Positions 27,401 through 36,146 of a stretch of 62,751 nt of DNA are shown here, one piece after another. This DNA is from a virus (Duplodnaviria > Caudoviricetes), in the IMG/VR virus record IMGVR_UViG_3300018469_000176, positions 1 to 62,751 of that record. One strand, 5' to 3'. A program made the translations under genes and the position numbers. The first letter of the stretch is position 1; each line of letters starts with the position of its first letter. Below the pieces are notes generated by a model. That model searched no databases. It was given only the letters and a program-made list of their open reading frames with translations, and was not told where the DNA came from.

Positions 27401-28278
27401 GTAGCTCCTGGATCATCAATAGCTGCCTGCGCATCAAAGCCAGTCAGGTACATGTCCCCGCCACCCGTAGTCGTCAGGGTTGCGAAGTTACCTGTTGTTG
27501 GTCCAAGAGCGTTGGTTGTGTTAGTCCACGTTGATCCCGTAGTACTAACTACCGAAGTTGGATAAAGTACCGCTGTAGTCTCAATGGGTAATTTGCCTGA
27601 TGCGGTTATCGTGGCGACCGCGGCCAGGTTCGCCGTACCCAGCTGGTTGACGGTCCCGGCCGAGGTCATGGTCGCGACCGCGCCCAGGGTGGCGGCGCCG
27701 GCGTGAGTGGGGATCGACGGGGCGTTGTTGACGTTGTCCCACTGGGTGGTGCCGCCCCCGTTACCGGCGCCGATTCCGACGTACAGGTCGGTGATCGAGA
27801 AGGCCGCGGAATAGCTCGACCCGAACTGGGTCCAGCTCAACCCGTTGAGGCTGGTGTACCAACTGACCGTGGTCCCGACGGCGGCGATCTTGAGCCAGCG
27901 GTGGTTCGTGGCGTTGTAGGTGTTGGACAGGATTGTGGTGGCGCTACTGGCGACGCGGCGTTCGGCGACGAGGTTGCCGCCTGTCACCGTGAACAGCACC
28001 CCGTCGGTGGAGGCCGCGTTGAGCAGCTCGATCCACTGGTAGGTGGCGCCCACGCTGACCAGTTCGATGACGAACTCGGAGCTCGTCAGGTCGTAGGGGA
28101 TCAGGGTGTAGAGGGCGGTGGTTCCGGCGGCCTTGGTGATGCCCAGCGTGCCGCCGGAAACAACCAGCTCGGCGGGGCTGTAATCCCATTTCGCGGAGTC
28201 TTCGGTAGCGAACGTGTCGGTGAGAGTGGCGACCTTCGGGTTGGCCGGGGGCGCCCCAAAAAGGGGGAGGATGGGCAT
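24430..28278 (-). CDS. Long repetitive tail fibre-like protein
   Basis: Lectin-like N-terminal domain plus about 40 (by eye) roughly 21-aa repeats such as GATTLAAVATLTSAGLVTKL; end of tail operon. Confidence 0.7.
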   Translation of the reverse strand: MPILPLFGAPPANPKVATLTDTFATEDSAKWDYSPAELVVSGGTLGITKAAGTTALYTLIPYDLTSSEFVIELVSVGATYQWIELLNAASTDGVLFTVTGGNLVAERRVASSATTILSNTYNATNHRWLKIAAVGTTVSWYTSLNGLSWTQFGSSYSAAFSITDLYVGIGAGNGGGTTQWDNVNNAPSIPTHAGAATLGAVATMTSAGTVNQLGTANLAAVATITASGKLPIETTAVLYPTSVVSTTGSTWTNTTNALGPTTGNFATLTTTGGGDMYLTGFDAQAAIDDPGATVTQVDMTVGTWVSNVARWYSTRVNLATGPSQAERIGGINVPTLSTVTTYTETLPLTGAQCPTYAQLATLHVQYDAFKNGAQSATANLDFVGLAIRYTPSGPLTHPGASTLSATATLTAAADPVFMPAAATLSAVATMTSAGAVTQPGATTLGAVATMTSAGVKAQPAAATLGAVATLTSAGAVSQPGAANLPAVATLTSAGLVTKLGTANLPAVATLTSAGTGGYFGATTLQAVATLTSAGLVTKLGTANLAAVATMTSAGSTTVIHAGAANLTVVASLTSAGLVTELGAANLPAVATLTSAGLITKLGVANLAAIGTLGAAGSVTAVAATALSVVGSLTIGGAVTVLGTTTLAAVGSLTSAGVVTQLGATTLPVVATMTSAGLVTLPGAESALAAVATLTSAGLQTRFGTANLAVIGTLSTTGVIVKLGVANLTAVGTLTSAGSMTAVAATALSMIATVSSAGSVIVLGTTTLAAVGSLTSAGVVTQLGATTLSVVATLTSAGLVTKLGTANLTVVATLTSAGTGGYFGATALAAIATLSASGVLGKLGAANLAAVATLSGSGAVTSVAAAGLAVVATLSSAGIVTELGATTLAVICTFASAGTVTKHGATTLGVVATLSAAGGIAGQTTVAFVALGSLTTTGLVTVLGGTTLGAVAVLTASGTVAVLGAVSLAAVATLSSAGLRTQLGAVNLTALATLTSTGLQTRFGTANLAVVATLTSVGVLAKLGTAALTVVATLSASGGVGGVTGPTSLVVVATLSSAATAGYLGAVSLAVVGTLNGAGVVTELGAVSLTVVATLSPVGLVTKSGTAQLLAVLTLSAAGGVAGLTTTMLLAAATLTSTGQRISPSAATLLALATLTAAGGVTIYGVGSLGAVATLLAAGIAVGPVSGIFTAIGTLTGTAIAYSAVLLAVATMFGYIRIAWPPTAGRPHVRPGVRAGVPLVVTSRAGRPVLTPGPQAGQPVVLSPSTAQPDLVEQALGGTPAFV

Positions 28279-28298
28279 AGGTCAGCCCTCCTCGGTGC

Positions 28299-28976
28299 TC
28301 ATGGCCGGGTGTACTCGTCCCACTCGACGTCCGCGACCCACCGGTCTTGCAGGGGGTTGCCGGTGGTGGCGGCGTAGTTGTCCAGCAGCACGACGATGCC
28401 CTCCAGCGGGCGCAGGATCAGGTCCGACTCGGAGACCCCGTCCACCGCGTCCAGCTTTTCGTAGCCCGAGGCGGTGGTCGCGGAGACCGCGCCCCGACCC
28501 GCCCACAGTTGGGTGAGCGCGGTCCCGGCGGGGACGGTCACGGCCAGCGGGGACGCCGACGCGGCACCGTCGGACGACGCATCGCCCTTCACGGTGACCG
28601 ACGAACTGGAGCTCAGCGAGCTGTCGAGCGGCACCTTGGTGATCGCGGTCCCGTTCGTGGGCAGCGCGGTGAACCGGTGCACCCGGATCGTGGGTGGAAT
28701 CACCAGAATGGTCTTGATCGTGTCCCGGTAGAGGTGCAGCCCGATACGGGACACGGAGACGAGCACGGTGGAGCTGGTCGCGTTGTGCAGCGACAGCAGG
28801 TACTGCGGCGGGGTGGCCCGGCCGGGGGTGATGAACGTCGCCGCCGCCCCCTGGTAGGACACGATCCGGTCGGTCGTGGGGATGACGTACTGGGTCCACG
28901 AGTCCGTCGATAGCGCGCCCTGCCGGTAGCCGTCGAACTCCAGCCCGGCCAGCGCCGACGTGTCGACATTCGGCAC
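28299..28976 (-). CDS. Virion-associated protein, paralog of 28997-29671
   Basis: GGAGGT RBS; shared LSTDS..QYVIP and W.EYTRP. Confidence 0.7.
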   Translation of the reverse strand: MPNVDTSALAGLEFDGYRQGALSTDSWTQYVIPTTDRIVSYQGAAATFITPGRATPPQYLLSLHNATSSTVLVSVSRIGLHLYRDTIKTILVIPPTIRVHRFTALPTNGTAITKVPLDSSLSSSSSVTVKGDASSDGAASASPLAVTVPAGTALTQLWAGRGAVSATTASGYEKLDAVDGVSESDLILRPLEGIVVLLDNYAATTGNPLQDRWVADVEWDEYTRP

Positions 28977-28996
28977 ACCACACCTCCACTTACACC

Positions 28997-29671
28997 CTAA
29001 GGTCTGGTGTATTCTTCCCAGTCCACAGTGGCCAGCCAGCGGTCGGTGGCCGGGTTACCGGAGGATGCGGTGGCCTGGTCCAGGAACACGACCACGCCCT
29101 CCAGCGGCCCGAGCTTGATGTCGGGGTCGCCCACGAAGAACGCGGCCAGGTCGAACGGCTCGTATCCCACGGCCGTGACGAACCGCGGCGCCCAGACCTG
29201 GTCCATCACCGATCCGGGGGTGATCGTCAGGGTGGTGCCAGACGGGGTGCCCGCACCCGCGTTGTCCGCCGACGAGTCGCCCCATAGGGTCACCGACGCG
29301 CTGGACGACAGGGAGGTGTCGAGCGGGACCTTGGTCAGGGCGGTGCCCCCGGTAGGTAGCGTGGTGAACCGGTGAATCCTGATCACCGGCGGGACCACGT
29401 TGATCGCCTTGATCACGGTGGAGAGCACGTCGACCTTGATCCGGTTGACGTTCACGTAGACCAGGGAGGAAGTGGCGTTGTGGATCGCCACGAGTTTCTG
29501 CGCGGCCACCGCTCGGCCCGCCGTGACGAACGTGCAGCAGCGCCCCCGGTAGCTGGTGATCCGGTCCGCGACGGGGATCACGTACTGGTCGCAGGAGTCG
29601 GTGCTCAGCGTGCCTCGGCGGTAGAACCGCACCTCCACGCCGGATACGGCGGTGCTGTCGACGTCACCCAT
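28997..29671 (-). CDS. Virion-associated protein, paralog of 28299-28976
   Basis: AGGAG RBS; colinear similarity over full length. Confidence 0.7.
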   Translation of the reverse strand: MGDVDSTAVSGVEVRFYRRGTLSTDSCDQYVIPVADRITSYRGRCCTFVTAGRAVAAQKLVAIHNATSSLVYVNVNRIKVDVLSTVIKAINVVPPVIRIHRFTTLPTGGTALTKVPLDTSLSSSASVTLWGDSSADNAGAGTPSGTTLTITPGSVMDQVWAPRFVTAVGYEPFDLAAFFVGDPDIKLGPLEGVVVFLDQATASSGNPATDRWLATVDWEEYTRP

Positions 29672-29680
29672 CGGGGCTCC

Positions 29681-31033
29681 TCATCTCTGCCGCATGAGCG
29701 ATAGCGCGCGCGTGTGGGACGCCTCCTCGGCGGCGGCTACGGCCGGGGTGATCTCGACCGCCAGGTAGGACACCTGCAGGACGTTCGTGGCCGGGGTGGT
29801 CCAGCCATAACTGGTGGAACCGGGAGTGCCGACCAGACCCATGCCTTTACCGATGATCGTCGTCGCGGCATTGCTGGCGTTCTGCCAATAGTCCAGGCTC
29901 ACCGTGGCCGCATTCGGGGTGTAGACGGGCGTATTCAACCCAATGCACGACAGTAGGTAGACCATTGATCCGGCTTTGCTGGTAACCAGGTTATCCAGAG
30001 ACGTTCCCGTGTTTACCGCAGCGGACACAAAGTGCGTCTTGACCGCGCCAACCGGGTTCTGCCCGACACCACGGAGGACTCGCACGGCGACCGGCAACGA
30101 CACCCCGGACGTCCCGGTACGCGTACAGGTAACGGTCATGGCCCCGGGCGACGTTTGAATGTCTCGGTACCAGATGGTGCCCATTCCGTAGGCGTTGACT
30201 GCTTCTCCGTCAACGTGCCCCGCTACGGCATAAGCACCACCCACGGAATCGAATGCGCCCAACGGTTGAGCCGCTCCGGCACTGGTGAGAGCCATCGCAC
30301 AGATCACGACAATGACCGAGTTGGCGGGCGGGGTGAACGACGCCGTGACGACGGACGTCTGCGCACCGGTGCTGCTCCGGATGACGGGCGGGGTGGAAAC
30401 GTCCTCGAAGACCCCGGTCGGGTCCGTGATGGACGGTCCGGCCTCGTGAGTCGCCCCGGTTCCACCGGTGAGGGTCCGCCCGTTTCCCGAGTAGTCGCCA
30501 GGCTCCTCGACGATGAACCGGTGCGCTCGCAGGTTGTTCGCGGTCCGCGCCACGTCGTACTGCGCGAGCTCCGTCGCGACCTCCCCGGAGCTGAGCGCGG
30601 CCTGCCACATTTTCACGTTCGTGACCGAGCCGTTGAAGAAGTCCCCGGCGGCGTCGGAGGTGCCGACCGTGAAGTTGTTCGGGGCGGGCGGCGCGGAGAT
30701 CGTGCCCGAGGTGGGGGTGAGAGCGCCGCCGTCCGGGCCGACATACAGGGTCCCGGAGGTGCCCGAGATGACGACGCCGATCTTGTACCAGGCGCCCACG
30801 GTGAGCGCGACGGACCCCAGCGTGGTGCCGAGATTGAACAGGCGCAGCGTCGTGCCGTCGGTGTCGGTGGCCAGCTCGACCCCGCCGGTGCCGTCGTAGA
30901 CCCCGGCGATGCAGGAGAACTGGTTGCGGTCGGTGGTGATCTTTGCCCAGCACGTCATGGACCACGTGGTGGACGCGGGGAGGCCCGTCGTCCCGGCGTA
31001 GGACTGGCCGGACGCGCTCCAGCGAACGGCCAT
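29681..31033 (-). CDS. Minor tail protein with LamG/ConA-like domain
   Basis: WSMTCWAK, WYKIGVV, FFNGSVTNVKMWQAALS. Confidence 0.75.
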   Translation of the reverse strand: MAVRWSASGQSYAGTTGLPASTTWSMTCWAKITTDRNQFSCIAGVYDGTGGVELATDTDGTTLRLFNLGTTLGSVALTVGAWYKIGVVISGTSGTLYVGPDGGALTPTSGTISAPPAPNNFTVGTSDAAGDFFNGSVTNVKMWQAALSSGEVATELAQYDVARTANNLRAHRFIVEEPGDYSGNGRTLTGGTGATHEAGPSITDPTGVFEDVSTPPVIRSSTGAQTSVVTASFTPPANSVIVVICAMALTSAGAAQPLGAFDSVGGAYAVAGHVDGEAVNAYGMGTIWYRDIQTSPGAMTVTCTRTGTSGVSLPVAVRVLRGVGQNPVGAVKTHFVSAAVNTGTSLDNLVTSKAGSMVYLLSCIGLNTPVYTPNAATVSLDYWQNASNAATTIIGKGMGLVGTPGSTSYGWTTPATNVLQVSYLAVEITPAVAAAEEASHTRALSLMRQR

Positions 31034-31118
31034 TGCGCGCCCCCAGCGTCCACGTCACGGGCCCCGCCGCCCGACCCCTGCGGCAAGGGGCCGGGCGGCG
31101 AGCGGGTGTCTCTCGGGC

Positions 31119-31514
31119 TCAGGTGGCGCCGAGGACGATCGAACCGGCGGCGAAGCTCAGGGTGTCGCCCAGCGCGGTGGTCTTGTTCGCGGTGAGCGGC
31201 CCGAACCACTTGCGCACCGGGCTGCCGGTGGAGTCGAACAGCTCGATGGCGACCACGGTGGTGGCCGGCATGTTGAGGAAGGTGCCCACGGTCGTGTTGG
31301 AGCACCCGGTGCCACCGGACGCGGTGGTCCACACGGTGATCGACTGGCGGGCGTAGGACCCGGCGCCGGGGACCACCTCGGTGCCGGTGGCCGCCGCCGT
31401 CCCGATCACCGTGAACAGCGCCAGCTTGATCGGCGTGACCGTCGCGAGATAGGTGGTGGTGCCCATCGACGCGTTGAGGAACCGGTCGCTCTCGCCGGTT
31501 GCGAGCACAGGCAT
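31119..31514 (-). CDS. Small tail-fibre-associated structural protein
   Basis: LALFT...GTEV...SYARQ...GPLT..KT..GD pattern. Confidence 0.65.
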   Translation of the reverse strand: MPVLATGESDRFLNASMGTTTYLATVTPIKLALFTVIGTAAATGTEVVPGAGSYARQSITVWTTASGGTGCSNTTVGTFLNMPATTVVAIELFDSTGSPVRKWFGPLTANKTTALGDTLSFAAGSIVLGAT

Positions 31515-31517
31515 GAC

Positions 31518-31775
31518 TCAGCCCTCCAGGAGGTTCGCGTAGTTGGTGGCCAGGAACTCGGCCTGCTCGGGGCTGGTGATGACCGCGCGGAGCTCGTCCC
31601 CGGTCTTCCCCTCGGCGTTCGCGGTCTGCGCGGTGCACACCTCGCACGGCGGGTTCATTCTGGAGTGGCAGTCCATGTGGTAGGTGACTTCGGAGTGGTC
31701 CGGCAGGGTGATCACGTGGCGCGGGTGGTCGTCGACCTGCCCGCACGCGAGGCAGTTTCTGACGGGCTGGCTCAT
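31518..31775 (-). CDS. Small Zn-binding protein
   Basis: CLACGQVDDHPRH...HMDC...CEVC; AGGAGG RBS. Confidence 0.7.
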   Translation of the reverse strand: MSQPVRNCLACGQVDDHPRHVITLPDHSEVTYHMDCHSRMNPPCEVCTAQTANAEGKTGDELRAVITSPEQAEFLATNYANLLEG

Positions 31776-31856
31776 CGCGTTGTTCCTCCTGGTAGCGGGC
31801 ATGACAAACACCCCCGTGCCGGCGGCAGCGAGGGTGCAGTGGTGGAGCTCTAGGAG

Positions 31857-32270
31857 CTAGGGACGGGCGGCGTCCGGCTCGACGCGGATGACGCCGAGCA
31901 GGATCTCGGTGGGCTCGCCGGTGGGGTCGATGACGTCGAGGCCGTACTCGCCGACCTTCCAGTCCCAGGCCGCCGACATGTCGCCGGTGATGGCCAGCAG
32001 CGCGGCCCCGGTGGTGACGTATTGGAGCTGCTCGGCCGCGGGACCGACGGGCGGGATGGCCGAGGTGAGCCCCCAGGTGATGGTGCCGGCCTGGGTGGAC
32101 CAGGCCTGCAGCACGACGTCGGACTCGTCGACCGGGCGGACCGCGGCCCGGGCGGACCAGCTCGCGGCCAGGGTGGCGTGCAGGATCGGGCCACCCTCGC
32201 CGTCCCAGACCGGCACGGACAGGCTCAGGGTGTTGCCGGACCGCACGGTGAAGTCGAAGCGCACGGCCAC
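31857..32270 (-). CDS. BppU-N-like virion protein
   Basis: All-beta pattern ...GEYGLDV...ILLGVIRV; GAGGAG RBS. Confidence 0.55.
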   Translation of the reverse strand: MAVRFDFTVRSGNTLSLSVPVWDGEGGPILHATLAASWSARAAVRPVDESDVVLQAWSTQAGTITWGLTSAIPPVGPAAEQLQYVTTGAALLAITGDMSAAWDWKVGEYGLDVIDPTGEPTEILLGVIRVEPDAARP

Positions 32271-32280
32271 GGGGAGCTCC

Positions 32281-32868
32281 TCAGCAGGTCGGTTGGTAGT
32301 TGACCTCGTCGCCCGGGGGCTGATCGCCCGGAGGCATCGGCAGCTGCCCACCGCGGGCGTGCCGACCGATGCGCTGGCCGACGAAACTGCCCTGCTCGCC
32401 CGACAGCATCTCGTCCACCGGGTACTGCGGATCCGGGTCCGGCACGTGCATGTCCACCGGGTCCGTCGCGTCCGGGTCCGGCACGTGCAGATCCGGCGGC
32501 ACGACGAGCATGCCCGGCGGCGGTGGGGCCGGCACCCGCGCGACGATCTGAGTGCGCGCGTACGCGGCGAACCCGGCGGTCAGCGCGGTCATGATCGCCG
32601 ACTGCACGTAGGGGGTCAGGGCCAGCCCGAAGGCCAGCGCGAGCGCCATCGCGGCCTGGATGAAGCCGAGCACCGCCGGCGGTACCCGGTCGGCGGCGGC
32701 GAACGCCGCGGTGAGCACCCCGGCCAGCGCGACCACGGCCGCGTTGACCAGGCCCTGGATCTCGATCGAGAACGGGGCGTAGAGCGCGGTGCCCAGCTGG
32801 GTGGCGACGGCGACCAGGCCCAGCCATAGCGCGGAGTCGCGTAGGAACACGGTGCGGAATGCGGTCAC
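32281..32868 (-). CDS. Putative holin (four TM) with Pro/Asp-rich tail
   Basis: Four TMs ending RTQIV..V; duplicated HVPDPD...PVD in tail. Confidence 0.6.
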   Translation of the reverse strand: MTAFRTVFLRDSALWLGLVAVATQLGTALYAPFSIEIQGLVNAAVVALAGVLTAAFAAADRVPPAVLGFIQAAMALALAFGLALTPYVQSAIMTALTAGFAAYARTQIVARVPAPPPPGMLVVPPDLHVPDPDATDPVDMHVPDPDPQYPVDEMLSGEQGSFVGQRIGRHARGGQLPMPPGDQPPGDEVNYQPTC

Positions 32869-33488
32869 GGGTGGGTCCAGTTCTGCAGCATCGCGGCCCG
32901 GGCGTCGGGGAGTCGGATCGCCCGGGTGCACACCGCGCGGTGCAGATCGTTGGCCATGTTGTTCTTGACCTGGGCACCTCGGGGCCCGTTGCGCGGTTCG
33001 GGCCACAGGTTGCGGGGGTCGGCCACCGCGCCGCCCAACGACAGCGGGATGAGGTGGTCTTCCTCGATCACGGTGTTGGACATCTCGCCCAGCCCGTAAC
33101 GGATCTTCTGATCGTTCTTGAGGGCGGTGGTGTAGGACGACGGCGGGCGCACGGTGGCGGTCCAGCCCGGCTTGCAGATCGTGGTGTCCAGCGTCTGTTC
33201 GGTCACGTCGGGGTTGTGCGCGCCCGGGGTGCACCGCAGGTCCGCGCGGCCATCGACGATCGTGCACGGTCCGGTGTAGGGGCCAAGCGCGGCGCCAGAG
33301 GCCGGTGCCGGGCCCGGAGCGGGGGTCGAGGGGGCGGGTGTCGGCGAAGGAGCGGCCACGGTCGGCGAGGCCGGCGCGGTCACGGTGCTCAGGTCGGGCA
33401 GCGGCGTGGCCGGGTTGGGGCTGCACCCGCTGATTGCCAAGACCAGCGCGCACGTCCACACCCAGTTCGCCCGTCTATTGGACATCAT
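32865..33488 (-). CDS. Lipoprotein with HNH-like nuclease domain
   Basis: Lipobox LAISGC, Pro-rich linker, EEDHLIPLSLGG...NLWPEP. Confidence 0.75.
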   Translation of the reverse strand: MMSNRRANWVWTCALVLAISGCSPNPATPLPDLSTVTAPASPTVAAPSPTPAPSTPAPGPAPASGAALGPYTGPCTIVDGRADLRCTPGAHNPDVTEQTLDTTICKPGWTATVRPPSSYTTALKNDQKIRYGLGEMSNTVIEEDHLIPLSLGGAVADPRNLWPEPRNGPRGAQVKNNMANDLHRAVCTRAIRLPDARAAMLQNWTHP

Positions 33489-33494
33489 CGTGTC

Positions 33495-33542
33495 AGGTTA
33501 CGGCATGGGGCCGCGCGACGGGAGACCCCGACCGCGCGGCCC
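33495..33542 (-). promoter_or_regulatory. Hairpin followed by leaderless -10 box
   Basis: GGGCCGCGCG / CGCGCGGCCC stem; TAACCT 6 nt before ATG 33488. Confidence 0.45.
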
Positions 33543-33551
33543 GCCATGCGC

Positions 33552-33962
33552 TCACTGGGCGACGGGAGGTTCCGTCGGCGCGGGCTCCGGCGTGGGCTCC
33601 GGGGCCGCCTGGTGGCTGGCGGCGATCCGCTCGGTCTCGGCGTTGAGCTTGGCCACCTCGTCCTTGACCAGGTTGGCCACTTCCTGCACCTCGGCCTCGG
33701 ACACCTGGCCCTGACTCTGGGCCCGGGTCAGCAGGTCGTCGATCGCGGCGATCAGGGCCGAGTCGGTGGCGGTCAGCGCCGCTACCTGGGCCTGGAGATC
33801 CTCGAATGCAGCCATAGCGTGGTGCTCCGTTCGTAGGTTGTACTCCCACAGATCGGTCTGATCCGCGGACAACTGGTTGACCTGCTCCTGGAGGTTGTCG
33901 TTGCGGCGGCGCAGCGACATCACCCACTGCCGGATCTCTGCGATCATGGCGCGCTGCTCCAC
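33552..33962 (-). CDS. Coiled-coil hypothetical protein
   Basis: Heptad-like pattern, GAGGAGG RBS. Confidence 0.6.
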   Translation of the reverse strand: MEQRAMIAEIRQWVMSLRRRNDNLQEQVNQLSADQTDLWEYNLRTEHHAMAAFEDLQAQVAALTATDSALIAAIDDLLTRAQSQGQVSEAEVQEVANLVKDEVAKLNAETERIAASHQAAPEPTPEPAPTEPPVAQ

Positions 33963-34156
33963 AGGTAGTCCTCCTCGTTCCGGATGTAGCGCCCAGTGAT
34001 CAACCAGCCCGCGCCGTCGTGGGAGTACTCCAGTTCCGCCTCGGTGGCGGTGGCCTCGAAGACCAGCCCGCGGATCTCCTCGATCGCCTCGTTCACCGCT
34101 TCGGCGGGTCGGGCGTCGCTGACGTAGCGAGACAGCACCAGCTCGTGCTCGACCAC
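33944..34156 (-). CDS. Hypothetical protein
   Basis: GGAGG RBS, 70 aa. Confidence 0.55.
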   Translation of the reverse strand: MVEHELVLSRYVSDARPAEAVNEAIEEIRGLVFEATATEAELEYSHDGAGWLITGRYIRNEEDYLWSSAP

Positions 34157-34170
34157 GGCCGCCTCCCAGG

Positions 34171-34776
34171 TCAGGGGCTCAGGGCTCCGAAGGCGACGAT
34201 GTTGTCCCGGTAGCTGTGCCGGGCGGTGTCGAGCTCCCCGCCGCAGGTGACCAGCCGCAGCGTCGGCACGGCCTGGTCGCCGTAGACCCAGCCGGTCGGG
34301 AACCGATCCTTGCTGACCCGCTCGCTGTGCATGATCGTGTACCGGCTGGAAGTCCCGTCGGCGCGGTGCACGGTGACCGTGTCCCCCTCGGCCAGCTCGG
34401 TCAGCTGCGCGAACAACCCGGGCTGCCCGCCGCCGTTGACGTGGCCCAGGATCACCGTGGGGGTGGTGGCGGTGGGCGCGCTGGCCCGCCAGTAGCCGCC
34501 CTGCATCGGCTCGGTGACCGGCGGAACCTCCACGGTGCCGTTGGGCTGCAGCCCGAGCGGGATCAGCGTCGACCCGGCGATACCGAGGCGTTTGATGTCG
34601 AAGGTGATCGGCGCGGCCAGTGGGGGCTTGGCCAGGATCGTCGGGGGCACCGGGGAGTCATGCCGGCCGGCTGTGGTGGGTGGCTGCGGGGCCCCACCAC
34701 AGCCGGCCGACAGCACCAGGGCGAGCGTCGCACCCAGAATGGCAACTGCGCGCCCGATGCGGCCTTGCGGTCTCAT
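34171..34776 (-). CDS. Class F sortase (lipoprotein)
   Basis: Lipobox LSAGC; ILGHVN, GLFAQL, FPT.WVYG, LRLVTCGG, YRDN; ATG overlaps upstream stop. Confidence 0.9.
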   Translation of the reverse strand: MRPQGRIGRAVAILGATLALVLSAGCGGAPQPPTTAGRHDSPVPPTILAKPPLAAPITFDIKRLGIAGSTLIPLGLQPNGTVEVPPVTEPMQGGYWRASAPTATTPTVILGHVNGGGQPGLFAQLTELAEGDTVTVHRADGTSSRYTIMHSERVSKDRFPTGWVYGDQAVPTLRLVTCGGELDTARHSYRDNIVAFGALSP

Positions 34777-35270
34777 GCCCCGCCGGTGTCCGCGCCGCCC
34801 ACGGGGAGCTGGCTGAGCGAGGACACCGTGGCTCCGGTGGCGGAGTCCACCGTGGTGAAGGGCGCCGGCGTCGCCGACACGGTCACGGTCGGCTCGGGGA
34901 CCGGGGTCGTGGCCGGGAAGATCGGGACGCCGGCGATCTGGGTGCAGGACACCACGGGGGCCGCGCCGGCCTCCTGGGTGAGCGCCTGCTCGTTGGCCTG
35001 GGCTAGCGGGCCCGGGGTCGTGGTGGTGGTGGGGCCGGTGTTGGTGCCGGACTGGGTGCCGGTGTTGGTCCCGCCGGTGGCTTCCGCGATGGGCACGCAG
35101 ACCTGGGTGACGTTGCCGTTGTTGCTGTCGTTGACCGAGCTGTCGTTGTTGCTGTCGTTGGTGCTGTTGTCGGTGGTGTCCTGGGCGAACGCGGCGCTGG
35201 GCGCCAGTGCGAGGGCACCGACCACGATCAGGGAGCTGAGCGCCAGGCGCAGGGCGGATCGGGCGGGCAT
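34773..35270 (-). CDS. Secreted Thr/Asn-rich probable sortase F substrate
   Basis: Signal peptide ending AFA; C-terminus LPVGGADTGGA-stop. Confidence 0.7.
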   Translation of the reverse strand: MPARSALRLALSSLIVVGALALAPSAAFAQDTTDNSTNDSNNDSSVNDSNNGNVTQVCVPIAEATGGTNTGTQSGTNTGPTTTTTPGPLAQANEQALTQEAGAAPVVSCTQIAGVPIFPATTPVPEPTVTVSATPAPFTTVDSATGATVSSLSQLPVGGADTGGA

Positions 35271-35779
35271 GGTCGAGGCGACTCCACTTCAAGAGGGGAT
35301 GGAGCGTTCGCACGGTCTAACGAGGCCCCCAGCGGGGAGGTACGGGGAACATCGGGGGCAGAGTAGACCGAGCTCACAACGATCATCCCGGCCGGGGGGA
35401 GTGGAGGCTCGGCCTGGCTGTTGGAGTAGGCCAGGAACGTCGCGAGGATGGCGAACGCCAGCCCGACCCCGGCCACGATGTGCGCCCACAGCGCGCTCGC
35501 GCCCCGCTCCCGGCCCTCCGAGGTGGTCATCCGCGCGGTGAGGTCGTCCAGGCTGCTTTCCATCCGCTGCAGCGCCGCCTCGATATCGGCGACCCGGTCG
35601 TTGACGTGAGTGATCACGGACTGCCGCGCCGCCACGTTGGACTCGGCGGCGGCGGCGATCTCCCGGCGCAGCGCGATCATGTCCCCGCGGAGCATGGCGA
35701 GCTGACCGGCGGTGTGCACGCGCAATGTCTCGATGGTCCACCGGCGTGGTGCCGAGCCCCCGTTGCCGATGTCGGTCAT
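35228..35779 (-). CDS. Coiled-coil protein with C-terminal TM
   Basis: Heptads then IVAGVGLAFAILATFLAY. Confidence 0.6.
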   Translation of the reverse strand: MTDIGNGGSAPRRWTIETLRVHTAGQLAMLRGDMIALRREIAAAAESNVAARQSVITHVNDRVADIEAALQRMESSLDDLTARMTTSEGRERGASALWAHIVAGVGLAFAILATFLAYSNSQAEPPLPPAGMIVVSSVYSAPDVPRTSPLGASLDRANAPSPLEVESPRPCPPDPPCAWRSAP

Positions 35780-36138
35780 GATGCGCCCCGCGCTGCGCCT
35801 CGACCGGGTGGCTCGACCCGGGACGTGGGCACCAGCCGGAAGCCTGCGGCGGTCAGGGCGTGCTGCAGCCGCTCGGCGGCGACGAGATCGGGGGCGCCCC
35901 CGGCCGCAACCAGTGCGGTCACGGCGGGGTCGGGGGCGTCGTCGGACTGTAGCGGACGCACCCGGGTGACCGGATAGCCGGCCTGCCCGCCGTCGTCCAA
36001 GGTGAGGATCACGCTGGCCGGCAGGAAGGCCGTCACGCTGCCTCGGGCCACCTCCTTGCCGTGCTGGTCATAGACCAAGACCCGTTGCTTGGTGGTCACC
36101 CAGGTGAAGTAGTCGACGAAGTTGGGGTAGTCAGCCAC
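35776..36138 (-). CDS. Hypothetical protein
   Basis: GTG start after the tail gene; ATGA overlap downstream. Confidence 0.55.
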   Translation of the reverse strand: MADYPNFVDYFTWVTTKQRVLVYDQHGKEVARGSVTAFLPASVILTLDDGGQAGYPVTRVRPLQSDDAPDPAVTALVAAGGAPDLVAAERLQHALTAAGFRLVPTSRVEPPGRGAARGAS

Positions 36139-36146
36139 GGGGCCCC

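Noticed and set aside
28299-29671. Diversity-generating retroelement template/variable pair
   Set aside because: No reverse transcriptase; differences are not adenine-specific; both copies are full genes
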